From the NCBI GenBank assembly GCA_002722055.1, contig PBKD01000004.1:7049-71048 (forward strand): a stretch of 64,000 nucleotides of DNA. Reading direction: 5' to 3'. This DNA comes from Rhodospirillaceae bacterium (lineage in GTDB: Bacteria; Pseudomonadota; Alphaproteobacteria; SHVP01). The position numbers were made by a program, and so were the translations under genes. Numbering within the stretch: position 1 is the stretch's first letter; every line of letters starts with the position of its first letter. The notes beneath the pieces were generated by a model. It was not told where the DNA came from and did no database searches. It saw nothing but the letters and a program-made list of their open reading frames with translations. Below are positions 41,089 through 50,777 of this stretch, in pieces.

Positions 41089-41949
41089 ATGGACAAAATA
41101 AACAAATATTTATTTATAGTAGTTAGCTTAATACTAGCTTCCTTCTTTTTTCTTGCTACTGGCATATATGCTCAGACCTATACAACTGTTATTGGTGGAG
41201 AAGGCCAGCCAGAAGTAGAAGTGAATCTTAATTCAATACATAATAAAACCAGATCATCTAATAAACTTAAATATCCTGGACAGAAAATTAGTAAAAAGAT
41301 AACGCTAGTTTGGCCCAAGAATATAAAAGAAATCTCAAATACTCCAAATAAAAAAATAATGTCTAAAGAAGTAATGCAAAATGCGCCAATCGAAAAAGTC
41401 TCTAGAGAAAAATTATATTCAAAGAATTTAAAAAAACTAGAGAGATCAACAGTTATTAGAGATAACAGAAGCAAAAGAAAAATTAAAATCATTCAAAAAG
41501 AACCATTGACTTCTGAAAAAATAATTAATCCCAAAAGGACAGAACTAAAATTACCTAATAAAATTAAGGAAGCTAAAACTTTCAATAGTCAAAGTGATAA
41601 AATTAGTAGACTGGATAATAAATCAAAATTATCAGAGTCAAACAATTTTCAGAGAATAATTTTTAAGCCTACCCAAACTAATCTGGACAAAAAATACCTA
41701 TCGGAATTATCAAAAATTGCATCAATGTCAATTAGACAAAATTCACGGATACAAATTAAAGCATACGCGAGTACTTCAGGAAATAGACCTACATACGCTC
41801 GGAGAGTCTCACTATCTAGAGCTTTAGCTATTAGAACTGAGCTTATACAATTCGGAGTTAACTCAACCAATATAGATGTTAGAGCATTAGGTGAAGTAAA
41901 TGATGGAAATCAAACTGACAGAGTTGATGTCTCAATAATGCCACAATAA
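41089..41949 (+). CDS. Secreted protein with basic linker and C-terminal OmpA-like domain
   Basis: Signal peptide (..GIYA/QT), Lys-rich linker, C-terminal ARRVSLSRALAIR...IDVRALG...DRVDV. Confidence 0.82.
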   Translation: MDKINKYLFIVVSLILASFFFLATGIYAQTYTTVIGGEGQPEVEVNLNSIHNKTRSSNKLKYPGQKISKKITLVWPKNIKEISNTPNKKIMSKEVMQNAPIEKVSREKLYSKNLKKLERSTVIRDNRSKRKIKIIQKEPLTSEKIINPKRTELKLPNKIKEAKTFNSQSDKISRLDNKSKLSESNNFQRIIFKPTQTNLDKKYLSELSKIASMSIRQNSRIQIKAYASTSGNRPTYARRVSLSRALAIRTELIQFGVNSTNIDVRALGEVNDGNQTDRVDVSIMPQ

Positions 41950-41982
41950 TATAATAGCTTAAAATTTTGAAATATTAAAATA

Positions 41983-43122
41983 ATGTCAAAAACGCACAAC
42001 ATAATTATACGTATGTCAGGGTTTGTAATCATTGTTATTGCTATTGCAGTATTTTTGAATGATCCTCTTAAACAAGCTTTTCTTGCTAATCCTGCCATTA
42101 ATGGATTAATCATTGGAGTATTATTAGTTGGGATAATTTATGTCTTCAGACAAGTATTTTTATTAAGTCCAGAGATAAAATGGATAACTAGTTATAAGAA
42201 AAACTCATCTTTAATTTTTGAACAAAAACCTCCTAGAATGCTTGCCCCAATGGCTACTATGTTAGGAGATAGTAAACTTAAAAAAAACCTATCTACATTA
42301 TCTATGCGGACACTTCTTGATGGAATTTCTTCTAGACTTGATGAATCAAGAGAAATATCAAGGTATGTAACCGGTTTACTCATTTTTTTAGGATTGTTGG
42401 GAACATTTTGGGGCCTACTGGAAACCATAACATCTGTTACTAGCGCGATTTCAACTCTAAAAATAGACGGCGATGATTTTACTAGTCAATTTAACATGCT
42501 TAAGTCAGGCCTAGAAGCTCCTCTAAAAGGGATGGGAACAGCTTTCTCATCCTCTCTTTTTGGATTAACAGGTTCATTAATATTAGGTTTCCTGGACCTT
42601 CAAGCGGGACAAGCTCAAAATAGATTTTATAATGAACTTGAAGAATGGCTTTCAAAGAAAACACAGCTTACATCCTCAAATACAATAATTGATGGAGAAC
42701 AGTCTGTTCCAGTTTATGTTCAAGCTTTGCTTGAGCAAACAGTTGAAAATTTAGATAACCTTAGAAGAACTGTTGCTTCAGCTGAAACAAGCAGAAAAAA
42801 CACAGATAAGGTAATTTTATCACTACAAGAGGGCTTAGCAACACTTACAGAACAAACAAAAACAGAACAAGATTTAATGGTTAAGCTTGTAGAGAGCCAA
42901 ATAGATATGAAGCCAATTTTAGAGAGAATTTCTGAAACTGAGAATTCAATTTCACTTAAAAATCTTCAATTACATTTAAAAAATATAGAGAATTATAGTA
43001 GCCAGTTAGTCCAAAGCACCACAAAGGGGCAAGAGCAAATGCTTTATGAACTAAGAAGTGAATTCAAATTACTTGCTAAGACCTTAGCAGCTTCTATGAC
43101 AAATATTAGAAAGAAAGACTGA
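41983..43122 (+). CDS. MotA/TolQ/ExbB proton-channel family protein with long helical C-terminal tail
   Basis: Two N-terminal TMs, LIFLGLLGTFWGL and GMGTAFSSSLFGL TMs, ~170-aa C-terminal helical tail. Confidence 0.88.
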   Translation: MSKTHNIIIRMSGFVIIVIAIAVFLNDPLKQAFLANPAINGLIIGVLLVGIIYVFRQVFLLSPEIKWITSYKKNSSLIFEQKPPRMLAPMATMLGDSKLKKNLSTLSMRTLLDGISSRLDESREISRYVTGLLIFLGLLGTFWGLLETITSVTSAISTLKIDGDDFTSQFNMLKSGLEAPLKGMGTAFSSSLFGLTGSLILGFLDLQAGQAQNRFYNELEEWLSKKTQLTSSNTIIDGEQSVPVYVQALLEQTVENLDNLRRTVASAETSRKNTDKVILSLQEGLATLTEQTKTEQDLMVKLVESQIDMKPILERISETENSISLKNLQLHLKNIENYSSQLVQSTTKGQEQMLYELRSEFKLLAKTLAASMTNIRKKD

Positions 43123-43130
43123 GGGATATA

Positions 43131-44405
43131 TTGTCAAGAAGAGGTAAAGGCACTATTTCTCAAAATTACTGGCCAGGTTTTGTTGATGCATTAGCTGCAT
43201 TATTACTAGTTATTGTATTTTTATTAGTAGTTTTTGTGCTTGCGCAGATTTTTCTTACTGAAGCACTATCTGGTAGGGACAAAGCTCTTGAAGAACTAAA
43301 CTCTGAAATTATTAATTTAACAGACTCACTCTCTTTAGAGAAAAAAAATAATGAAGAAATTAGATTAAAGGTAATCAATCTAGAAGAGAGCTTAGATAAA
43401 ACAATTATGGAGAAAAAAAACATCTTAGATGATCTTTCAAAGAAGGAAATAATAATTTCAACGAAAGAAAATTATATTGAAGAATTTAAAAAGGAAATTA
43501 AGAATCAAGATGATACTATAAAAGAAAATCTTATTAAATTTAAAAATTTAGAAGAAAAGAATTATAAACTATCCTTCGATTTAGAGAAATCAAAGAAAAA
43601 GATTTTTGAGTTAAACACTAGCACAAATGAGATAAGTCAAGCTCTTGAAGAAACAAAAGTCATCTTGACTAGACTAAAAGGGCGAGAAAAAGAATTAGAA
43701 AGTAAATTAATTTTAGAGAATAGTAGAGCTATTGAAAATAAGAATAAACTTGAAGTCGCAAAAAATGAATCAAATAAGAACACCAAAATAATAAATAATT
43801 TAAATGCACAAATAGCTGCTTTGAGAGCTCAGCTTGAAGCGCTTCAAAATGTTCTAGATAAAGCTGAAGAACAGGATAAAAAACAAAAAGTAATTATTTC
43901 AGATTTGGGTAATAAACTAAATAAGGCTTTAGCTCAAAAAGTGCAGGAACTTTCAAAATACCGCTCAGAATTTTTTGGTAAGCTTAGAGAAGTTTTAGGT
44001 GATAGAAAGGATATTTTAATTGTAGGAGATAGGTTTGTACTACAATCAGAAGTACTTTTCAGTTCTGGCTCAGCACAACTAGAGGATGAAGGAAAAGTTA
44101 AACTAATTGATATAGCAAAAACACTTCTAGAAATTATACCTTCTATTCCTTCTGAAATTAATTGGATACTTAGAGTGGATGGGCATACTGACTCGAGACC
44201 GATAAATAACAATAATTTTGCATCGAATTGGGAATTATCCAGTGCTAGATCATCAAATGTAGTAAAATTTTTAATCAAAGCAGGCATACCGCCCAAAAAC
44301 TTAGCCGCAACCGGCTTCGCAAGCTTCCAACCATTAGACTCAGGCAATGATGAGATATCATTTAGGAGGAATAGAAGAATAGAATTTAAATTTACTGAAA
44401 AATAA
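43131..44405 (+). CDS. MotB-like peptidoglycan-binding protein (TM + long coiled coil + OmpA domain)
   Basis: WPGFVD TM with channel Asp, ~240-aa heptad-rich region, GHTD, NWELSSAR and NRRIE; TTG start after GAGG SD. Confidence 0.9.
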   Translation: MSRRGKGTISQNYWPGFVDALAALLLVIVFLLVVFVLAQIFLTEALSGRDKALEELNSEIINLTDSLSLEKKNNEEIRLKVINLEESLDKTIMEKKNILDDLSKKEIIISTKENYIEEFKKEIKNQDDTIKENLIKFKNLEEKNYKLSFDLEKSKKKIFELNTSTNEISQALEETKVILTRLKGREKELESKLILENSRAIENKNKLEVAKNESNKNTKIINNLNAQIAALRAQLEALQNVLDKAEEQDKKQKVIISDLGNKLNKALAQKVQELSKYRSEFFGKLREVLGDRKDILIVGDRFVLQSEVLFSSGSAQLEDEGKVKLIDIAKTLLEIIPSIPSEINWILRVDGHTDSRPINNNNFASNWELSSARSSNVVKFLIKAGIPPKNLAATGFASFQPLDSGNDEISFRRNRRIEFKFTEK

Positions 44406-44433
44406 ATCTTTGATTTAATATTTAATATTTGCC

Positions 44434-46251
44434 CTAATTGACCTCTCTTAAATTTATATTTTTAAATTGCATCTTTGACAACTTTGCATATAGACCACCC
44501 TCTTTCATAAGCTCTTCATGAGTGCCTTGAGAAATAATTAAACCTTTATCAAGAACTATAATTCTATCAGCTTTCTGAATTGTACTTAGTCTATGAGCTA
44601 TGATTATTGTAGTTCTATTTTTTAAAACTTTTTCCAGAGAAGCCTGGATAATAGACTCATTCTCTGTGTCGAGGGAACTTGTTGCTTCATCAAGTAATAA
44701 TAAGGAAGGGTTATGTAAAACTGATCTAGCAATCGCAATTCTTTGTTTTTGCCCACCTGATAATTTTACTCCTCTTTCTCCAAGGTTTGTATTATATCCA
44801 TCTGGCAATCTGTCTATAAATTCAGTTGCTGCTGCAACCTGTGCAGCTGAAATGATTTCTGCCTCAGAGGCATTTGGCTTGCTATACGATATATTTTTCC
44901 AGACATCGGTATCAAAAATTACCGGCTCTTGGGGGACGACTCCTATATTTGATCTTAATTCGCGAGGATCAACTCTTATAATATTTAAATTATCGAAACT
45001 AATATAACCGCTCTTAGGGTCGTAGAATCTTAATATTAATTGAAAAATAGTACTTTTACCAGAACCAGAAGGTCCAACAAGCGCAACTGTTTCGCCACTT
45101 TTTATCTCAAGAGAAAAATTGTTTAAAACATTGATTTCTGGTCTTGATGGATATGCAAATGTAACATTTTTGAATTCTAAATTGCCATGAGGATTAGTAT
45201 TAATTTTAAGAGGATTATTGGGAACCTTAATATTTGATTTGGCAGAAAGTAATTCTGAAATTCTTTCTGATGCTCCTGCTGCTTTTTGCAAGTCACCATA
45301 TACCTCTGATAAAGCAGCAGCCGAAGCAGCAGTCATTATTGCATATACAACAAAAGCACCTAAATCTCCTGCCGTCATATCTCCAACCATTACGTCTGAT
45401 GCCCCTATCCATAAAACTGAAACAACTGATCCAAATGCAACTGCAATAACTGCGAAGGTTAAAAGACCTCTAGCCATAATCTGTTTTTTTGCCTTACTAA
45501 AACTAGAGTTCACTCTACCTACAAATCTAGAAAACTCTATATCTTCTCTTACGTAAGACTGAACAGTTCTAATTTCTTTTAAGGTCTCATCAGCAACAGA
45601 ATTGACATTTGCTATTGCTGCTTGAGTTTCACGAGATAAACTTCTTACTCTTTTTCCAAATATGATAAGAGGTAAAATAATTAAGGGAACTGAAATCATT
45701 ATTAATAGAGATAATTTGAAACTAGTTATATTTAACATTATCAACCCTCCTATTAATAACATTAAATTTCTAAGAGCAATTGAAGCACCTGCTCCAACAA
45801 TTGATTGTATTAAAGTAGTATCAATAGATATTCTTGATAAAACTTCGGTAGTTTTATTTATTTCAAAATAACTTGGACTAAGTGCAATTACTTTTTTATA
45901 GATTGAAGCACGTAGGTCAGAGACTACCCTCTCTCCTAACCACATAACCAGATAGTACCTCATAAAGGTTGCAACTGAAATAATTAATACAACTAAATAT
46001 GCTAAAATTATGATTTCACTTAAGCCCCTAGATCCTTCTTCAAAACCTCTATCTATTAATAATTGAATTACTCTACCTATACCTAGTGTTCCAATTGCAG
46101 CACCAATTAGTGCTATAATTGCTAAGATCATAGTTTTCCAATAAGGCCTTGCAAAATTAAACAACAACTTTAAATGTTTTAATTCTTTGCTTTTTGCTCT
46201 TTCACTGGAAACATCGAGTGATCCCCCATAGGTGGATGATTTACGTGCCAA
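44434..46251 (-). CDS. ABC exporter, fused permease/ATPase (MsbA-related)
   Basis: N-terminal TM domain, GPSGSGKS, LSGGQKQR, LLLDEATS and IAHRL. Confidence 0.93.
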   Translation of the reverse strand: MARKSSTYGGSLDVSSERAKSKELKHLKLLFNFARPYWKTMILAIIALIGAAIGTLGIGRVIQLLIDRGFEEGSRGLSEIIILAYLVVLIISVATFMRYYLVMWLGERVVSDLRASIYKKVIALSPSYFEINKTTEVLSRISIDTTLIQSIVGAGASIALRNLMLLIGGLIMLNITSFKLSLLIMISVPLIILPLIIFGKRVRSLSRETQAAIANVNSVADETLKEIRTVQSYVREDIEFSRFVGRVNSSFSKAKKQIMARGLLTFAVIAVAFGSVVSVLWIGASDVMVGDMTAGDLGAFVVYAIMTAASAAALSEVYGDLQKAAGASERISELLSAKSNIKVPNNPLKINTNPHGNLEFKNVTFAYPSRPEINVLNNFSLEIKSGETVALVGPSGSGKSTIFQLILRFYDPKSGYISFDNLNIIRVDPRELRSNIGVVPQEPVIFDTDVWKNISYSKPNASEAEIISAAQVAAATEFIDRLPDGYNTNLGERGVKLSGGQKQRIAIARSVLHNPSLLLLDEATSSLDTENESIIQASLEKVLKNRTTIIIAHRLSTIQKADRIIVLDKGLIISQGTHEELMKEGGLYAKLSKMQFKNINLREVN

Positions 46252-46323
46252 CTTATTTCTCCCATAAAAAAGAGAGGATATTATTAATTTTCATTTTTTT
46301 CAAATATCTTGATTAACATTTTC

Positions 46324-46353
46324 TTGAATTAACTGCCAACTTACTGCTATAAG
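46324..46353 (+). promoter_or_regulatory. Candidate sigma-70 promoter for rpmE
   Basis: TTGAAT-N18-TATAAG with TG extension; AGGAG SD downstream. Confidence 0.4.
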
Positions 46354-46375
46354 GACTATATTGTAGGAGCTGATT

Positions 46376-46600
46376 ATGAAAAAAGACATTCACCCTGAGT
46401 ACCATGAAATTAACGTAGTTATGACTGATGGATCAGAATTTAAGACTAAATCAACATGGGGTAAGGAAGGTGACACTCTCACGCTTGATATTGATGCAAA
46501 GTCTCATCCCGCATGGACAGGGGGACAACAAAGACTGGTTGATACCGGAGGACAAGTCGCTAAATTTAATAAACGCTTTGAAGGCTTAAAAATTAAATAA
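46376..46600 (+). CDS. rpmE: 50S ribosomal protein L31 (Cys-free type)
   Basis: MKKDIHP.Y, SHPAWTG and G.V.KFNKRF. Confidence 0.97.
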   Translation: MKKDIHPEYHEINVVMTDGSEFKTKSTWGKEGDTLTLDIDAKSHPAWTGGQQRLVDTGGQVAKFNKRFEGLKIK

Positions 46601-46611
46601 TCAATTTGTAT

Positions 46612-47037
46612 TTATGTCAGATTTCTTATTTTTTCTCTGAATGAATCCGGTAATCGCACTGATTTTCTGGTTTTCCTATCAACATATACATGCACAAAAT
46701 AGCCTGTCGCACACGGCTCACTTTCCCCCTTTTTGAATAAACCTATATTATACTTAATACTTGAATTACCCAATTTATCAATTATGAAAGCTGCCTCAAT
46801 TATATCGGGAAAATTTATAGGTTTATGATATGTGCACGAAGTTTCAACTACCAAACCAATTATTTCACTTTTGTTATAATCAAGAAGGTCGAGCTCAATC
46901 AAGGCACGATTAACTGCCGTATCAAAAAATGAATAATATATTACATTATTAATGTGACCATAAACATCATTATCCATCCATCTAGTAGGAATTTCTAAAA
47001 AGTATTTATAATCTTCTTTTTTATGTGATTTAATCAT
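46612..47037 (-). CDS. 4HBT-like acyl-CoA thioesterase
   Basis: TRWMDNDVYGHINNVIYYSFFDTAVN. Confidence 0.92.
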   Translation of the reverse strand: MIKSHKKEDYKYFLEIPTRWMDNDVYGHINNVIYYSFFDTAVNRALIELDLLDYNKSEIIGLVVETSCTYHKPINFPDIIEAAFIIDKLGNSSIKYNIGLFKKGESEPCATGYFVHVYVDRKTRKSVRLPDSFREKIRNLT

Positions 47038-47070
47038 TAAAATAAAACTCCCTAGAAATAAACTAAAGGT

Positions 47071-47262
47071 TTAACTCTTCTTTTTAAATAATAAATTAGC
47101 CTCTCCTAGTGCAAAACTTTTATTTGATATTTCCTTATTGGTTCTTTTAATTTCCTGCTCCAAAAATATAATATACTCATTTAATTCATCCTTGGAGAAA
47201 TTAGTTAAATTTACACAAAAATATTCTTGCTTTTTTTTATTTTCAATATCATCATCGTCCAT
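47071..47262 (-). CDS. DUF1192 family small protein
   Basis: MDDDD start, L..FS.DEL.EYI..LE.EI.R and A..LFK; start 47262 avoids overlap with the divergent gene. Confidence 0.75.
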   Translation of the reverse strand: MDDDDIENKKKQEYFCVNLTNFSKDELNEYIIFLEQEIKRTNKEISNKSFALGEANLLFKKKS

Positions 47263-47346
47263 CTGTAAACCTGCTCTAAAATGCAATGTTTTCTTTATAC
47301 TATATAAAATAGATTTTTTTAATCTTAAATAAATCTGGGCGCAATA

Positions 47347-47904
47347 ATGACAAAAAAACAACTAATTTTTCCAGGATCTAAAACACCAGACCTACAATTA
47401 AATTCATTAAAAATTGAAAATTGGTCTTTAAGCACTTCTAGACCAGATAACTTTACGTTGATTATAATATATAGGGGTTTACACTGTCCTATCTGTAGGG
47501 ATTACCTAAAGGAATTTGATGAAAAAATTGATAAATTTAATGAGCTTGGGACAAATTTAATTGCAATTAGCACAGATGACTATAAACGTGCTTTGCAATC
47601 TTTTAATGAATGGGGTCTAGAGAGTATAAATATAGGTTACAATCTTAGCCCAGAAAAAGCCCTTGAATGGGGCTTATTTCTATCTAGAGGAATCCCAAAC
47701 TCTTCATTAAAAATTGCTGAGCCCAAAATCTTTGTTGAACCAGCCTTGTTTCTCGTAGACTATGACTTGAAACTTTACTTTTCAAATATTCAATCAATGC
47801 CGTTCACAAGACCACCAGTAAGTCAATTGTTAACGGGCATTAAGTTTGCTATAGATAAAGATTATCCTCCAAGGGGAACCTTAAAGTATTTGAAAAAAAT
47901 TTAA
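47347..47904 (+). CDS. Peroxiredoxin-like (AhpC/TSA) redoxin
   Basis: YRGLHCPIC CxxC, QSMPFTRP and YPPRG. Confidence 0.9.
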   Translation: MTKKQLIFPGSKTPDLQLNSLKIENWSLSTSRPDNFTLIIIYRGLHCPICRDYLKEFDEKIDKFNELGTNLIAISTDDYKRALQSFNEWGLESINIGYNLSPEKALEWGLFLSRGIPNSSLKIAEPKIFVEPALFLVDYDLKLYFSNIQSMPFTRPPVSQLLTGIKFAIDKDYPPRGTLKYLKKI

Positions 47905-47942
47905 CAATGTATAGAATATAAATAATATTTTATGAGGTAAAA

Positions 47943-48551
47943 ATGACACAACCCCTAATGCCAAAAGCCACTGCAGTTTGGTTGATAGACAATACATCTT
48001 TAACATTTGACCAGATTGGAACATTTTGTGGCCTTCACACTCTTGAAATTCAAGGGATAGCTGACGGCGAAGTTGCTTTGGGAATAGTTGGAAGAGACCC
48101 AATTGCTCAAGGTGAACTTACCCAAGAAGAAATAAACAGATGTGAAAATGATAAAGAACAAAAACTTGGTATTAATAAAACTGATATTTTCTTAGGTAGA
48201 AAGGATAACGAACAAAGATATACTCCCTTATCAAAAAGGCAAAATAGACCCGATGCAATAGCCTGGCTAATAAAATACCATCCAGAATTATCTGATGCTC
48301 AGGTCTGTAGACTAGTTGGCACTACAAAACCAACTGTTTCATCTGTTAGGGATAGAACTCATTGGAATATGGCAAATTTAAAATTAATGGACCCAGTCAC
48401 TCTTGGTATGTGTTCTCAAACTAACCTTGATACTGAAATAAAAAAAGCAGTAAAAAAACTTAAAAATAAACAAATCAGAGATGAAAAAGCAGCTAAATTA
48501 GCAAAAGAAACCTCTCAGAATGTATTAAATAATGACCCTGAAAAAATTTAA
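47943..48551 (+). CDS. trcR: Cell-cycle transcriptional regulator TrcR (DUF1013)
   Basis: PLMPKATAVWLIDNT.LTF.QI, RYTPLSKRQ.RPDAI.WL and RTHWN. Confidence 0.9.
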   Translation: MTQPLMPKATAVWLIDNTSLTFDQIGTFCGLHTLEIQGIADGEVALGIVGRDPIAQGELTQEEINRCENDKEQKLGINKTDIFLGRKDNEQRYTPLSKRQNRPDAIAWLIKYHPELSDAQVCRLVGTTKPTVSSVRDRTHWNMANLKLMDPVTLGMCSQTNLDTEIKKAVKKLKNKQIRDEKAAKLAKETSQNVLNNDPEKI

Positions 48552-48620
48552 TTTTCTATTAAATTTACATTGATAATGTTTTTTTGAACTTATTTTTTTT
48601 TATAAATCTCATTTTTAATT

Positions 48621-50249
48621 ATGAATAATAAAGAAAAAAATATATTTGAAGATTATCTAAGCAAGTGTGAAGCTAATTATCAACCATTATCGCCTATTAC
48701 TTTTCTTAAAAGAACAGCTGATACATTCCCCAACAAAAAAGCTATTATATATGAAAATACAACTTATACATATGATAGTTTTTTTAAGAGATGCAAAAAA
48801 CTTGCATCTGCATTAGTAAATATCGGGGTCAAAAAAGGCACAACTGTATCAATACTTTGTCCTAATACCCCACCAATGCTTGAAGCACACTATGCTATTC
48901 CAATGACTAAAGGTGTATTAAATTGTTTGAATATTCGGTTAGATGCTAAGACTCTATCATTTATTATTGATCATAGCGAAACAAAAATACTCATATATGA
49001 TACAGAATTTGAAAAAATTGTAATGGATATAGTTGGGTTTTCAAAAAATCCATTAATATTAATATGCATTGAAGATATATTTAGTAATAATTTGAAGCTA
49101 GAAAATACTATCGATTATGAAAATTTTTTAAATAGTGGCGAAGAAAATTTTAATTATAAACTTCCTGATGATGAATGGGATGCTATTACTTTAAATTATA
49201 CATCTGGCACGACTGGAAATCCTAAAGGGGTTATTTATCATCACAGAGGCGCATATTTACAAGCTATAGGAAATCATCTCGCTTGGAATATGCAAAATCA
49301 CCCTGTTTATTTATGGACACTACCTATGTTTCATTGCAACGGTTGGTGTTTTCCCTGGACTATAAGCATAGCTATGGGCACACATGTTTGTATAAGAAAG
49401 CTGGATATAAATAAAATATTTAGTTTAATTATAAAACATAACATATCTCATTTATGTGGTGCCCCAATAGTTTTGAACATGATCTCAAATTTACAAAATA
49501 TAAAACCCGTTAAATTCAAAAATAAAATACATATTGCAACTGCAGCTGCACCACCCCCATCTACAGTAATAAAAAAAATTGAAGACTTAGGTTTTGAAGT
49601 AACACATTTATATGGTTTAACAGAAACTTATGGCCCATCTGTTGTGAATGAATGGGATCCTAAATGGAATAATATGAATCCAAGTGAAAGGTCAAAAATA
49701 AAAGCGAGACAAGGAGTAAAATATCAAACATTAGAGAACCTTTCAGTCAATGATCCTAATACACTTAAACCTATTCCATTTGATGGAAAAACTATAGGAG
49801 AAGTAATGTTTAAAGGAAATGTTGTAATGAAAGGTTATTTAAAAAATTCAAAAGCTACAAATGAGGCTTTTTCTGGCGGCTGGTTTCATTCAGGTGATCT
49901 AGGTGTAACACACCCTGATGGGTACATAGAACTAAAAGACAGATCTAAAGATGTTATCATATCTGGAGGAGAAAATATCTCATCTATAGAGCTTGAGGAA
50001 ATTATTTCTCAAAATGAATCTGTGCTAGAAGTAGCGGTTGTTGGCAAGAATGACGAGAAATGGGGTGAGGTTCCTTGTGCATTTATAAAGCTTAAAGATA
50101 ATATGAAAATTACCGAAGATGACATTATCAAATTTTGCTATGAAAATATGGCTAGATTTAAAGTGCCAAAAAAAATAATTTTTTCTGATCTCCCAAAAAC
50201 ATCTACTGGAAAAATACAAAAATTTAAATTACGTGATCAAATAAATTAA
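48621..50249 (+). CDS. Acyl-CoA synthetase (AMP-binding; DmdB-like clade possible)
   Basis: NYTSGTTGNPKGV, LPMFHCNGW, YGLTETYGP, WFHSGDL and PKTSTGKIQK. Confidence 0.92.
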   Translation: MNNKEKNIFEDYLSKCEANYQPLSPITFLKRTADTFPNKKAIIYENTTYTYDSFFKRCKKLASALVNIGVKKGTTVSILCPNTPPMLEAHYAIPMTKGVLNCLNIRLDAKTLSFIIDHSETKILIYDTEFEKIVMDIVGFSKNPLILICIEDIFSNNLKLENTIDYENFLNSGEENFNYKLPDDEWDAITLNYTSGTTGNPKGVIYHHRGAYLQAIGNHLAWNMQNHPVYLWTLPMFHCNGWCFPWTISIAMGTHVCIRKLDINKIFSLIIKHNISHLCGAPIVLNMISNLQNIKPVKFKNKIHIATAAAPPPSTVIKKIEDLGFEVTHLYGLTETYGPSVVNEWDPKWNNMNPSERSKIKARQGVKYQTLENLSVNDPNTLKPIPFDGKTIGEVMFKGNVVMKGYLKNSKATNEAFSGGWFHSGDLGVTHPDGYIELKDRSKDVIISGGENISSIELEEIISQNESVLEVAVVGKNDEKWGEVPCAFIKLKDNMKITEDDIIKFCYENMARFKVPKKIIFSDLPKTSTGKIQKFKLRDQIN

Positions 50250-50277
50250 TTTACAAAAAATACTCCTTACACTTTGT

Positions 50278-50754
50278 CTAAAAAAGTAAATTAATAAAAC
50301 GTTTATAGTTAATGTTATCTATATTTAATGATTCAAAATAATTTCTTAAGTTAAAATCACATATTTCTTCAGCAGGTAAATAGCTTACATCAAATCTATT
50401 TTTTTCTAAAAAAAATTTTATAATTATATTATGTTCTATAAATTCACTAGATATTTCTAATCTCTTTAATGACTCATAAATATCAGTAAATTCATCCTTT
50501 TTTAATTTCTTTAACATTAATCTTGCAGATCTTAACTTTTCCACAATACTAATACGCCATTTAATAGTTAATGAAGTAAGAACTTCAAAATCTCTTTTTT
50601 GTAAAATTATTTTTTTTTCTAAAGCCATCCATATACAGAATAAAAGTAAATTTACATCAATATTAAATTCTTCCTGAATACTTAAACAATATTTTTCAAT
50701 TTTTTTATTGGAATATAGTTCTATAGAAAATTTTGAAAAAGATTTTTTAATAAT
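50278..50754 (-). CDS. TIGR02444 / DUF2390-like protein with non-canonical or frameshifted start
   Basis: Frame is open upstream of the track ATG (50628) and encodes FSKFSIELY...CLSIQ...DVNLLLFCIW, the family N-terminal motif; no in-frame ATG/GTG/TTG; ATT 50754 lies 8 nt after AGGA. Confidence 0.72.
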   Translation of the reverse strand: MIKKSFSKFSIELYSNKKIEKYCLSIQEEFNIDVNLLLFCIWMALEKKIILQKRDFEVLTSLTIKWRISIVEKLRSARLMLKKLKKDEFTDIYESLKRLEISSEFIEHNIIIKFFLEKNRFDVSYLPAEEICDFNLRNYFESLNIDNINYKRFINLLF

Positions 50755-50777
50755 AGTTAGAGTCCTAATTATTTTTT

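Noticed and set aside
41983..44405. Calling this a Zorya defence system or flagellar motAB
   Set aside because: No zorC/D/E, defence-island or flagellar context; architecture differs from flagellar stators; kept as an orphan motor
43934..45871. Cluster of 69-137 aa antisense ORFs over the MotB-like and ABC genes
   Set aside because: Shadow frames of well-supported genes, Ser/Ile/Phe-rich with no motifs; the same applies to the other short nested ORFs in the track
46376..46600. Cys-free L31 (and L36) as a zinc-starvation adaptation
   Set aside because: Zinc-free forms are the norm in Alphaproteobacteria
47263..47361. N-terminal extension of the DUF1192 ORF
   Set aside because: Overlaps the divergent redoxin start; the family-like sequence begins at MDDDD
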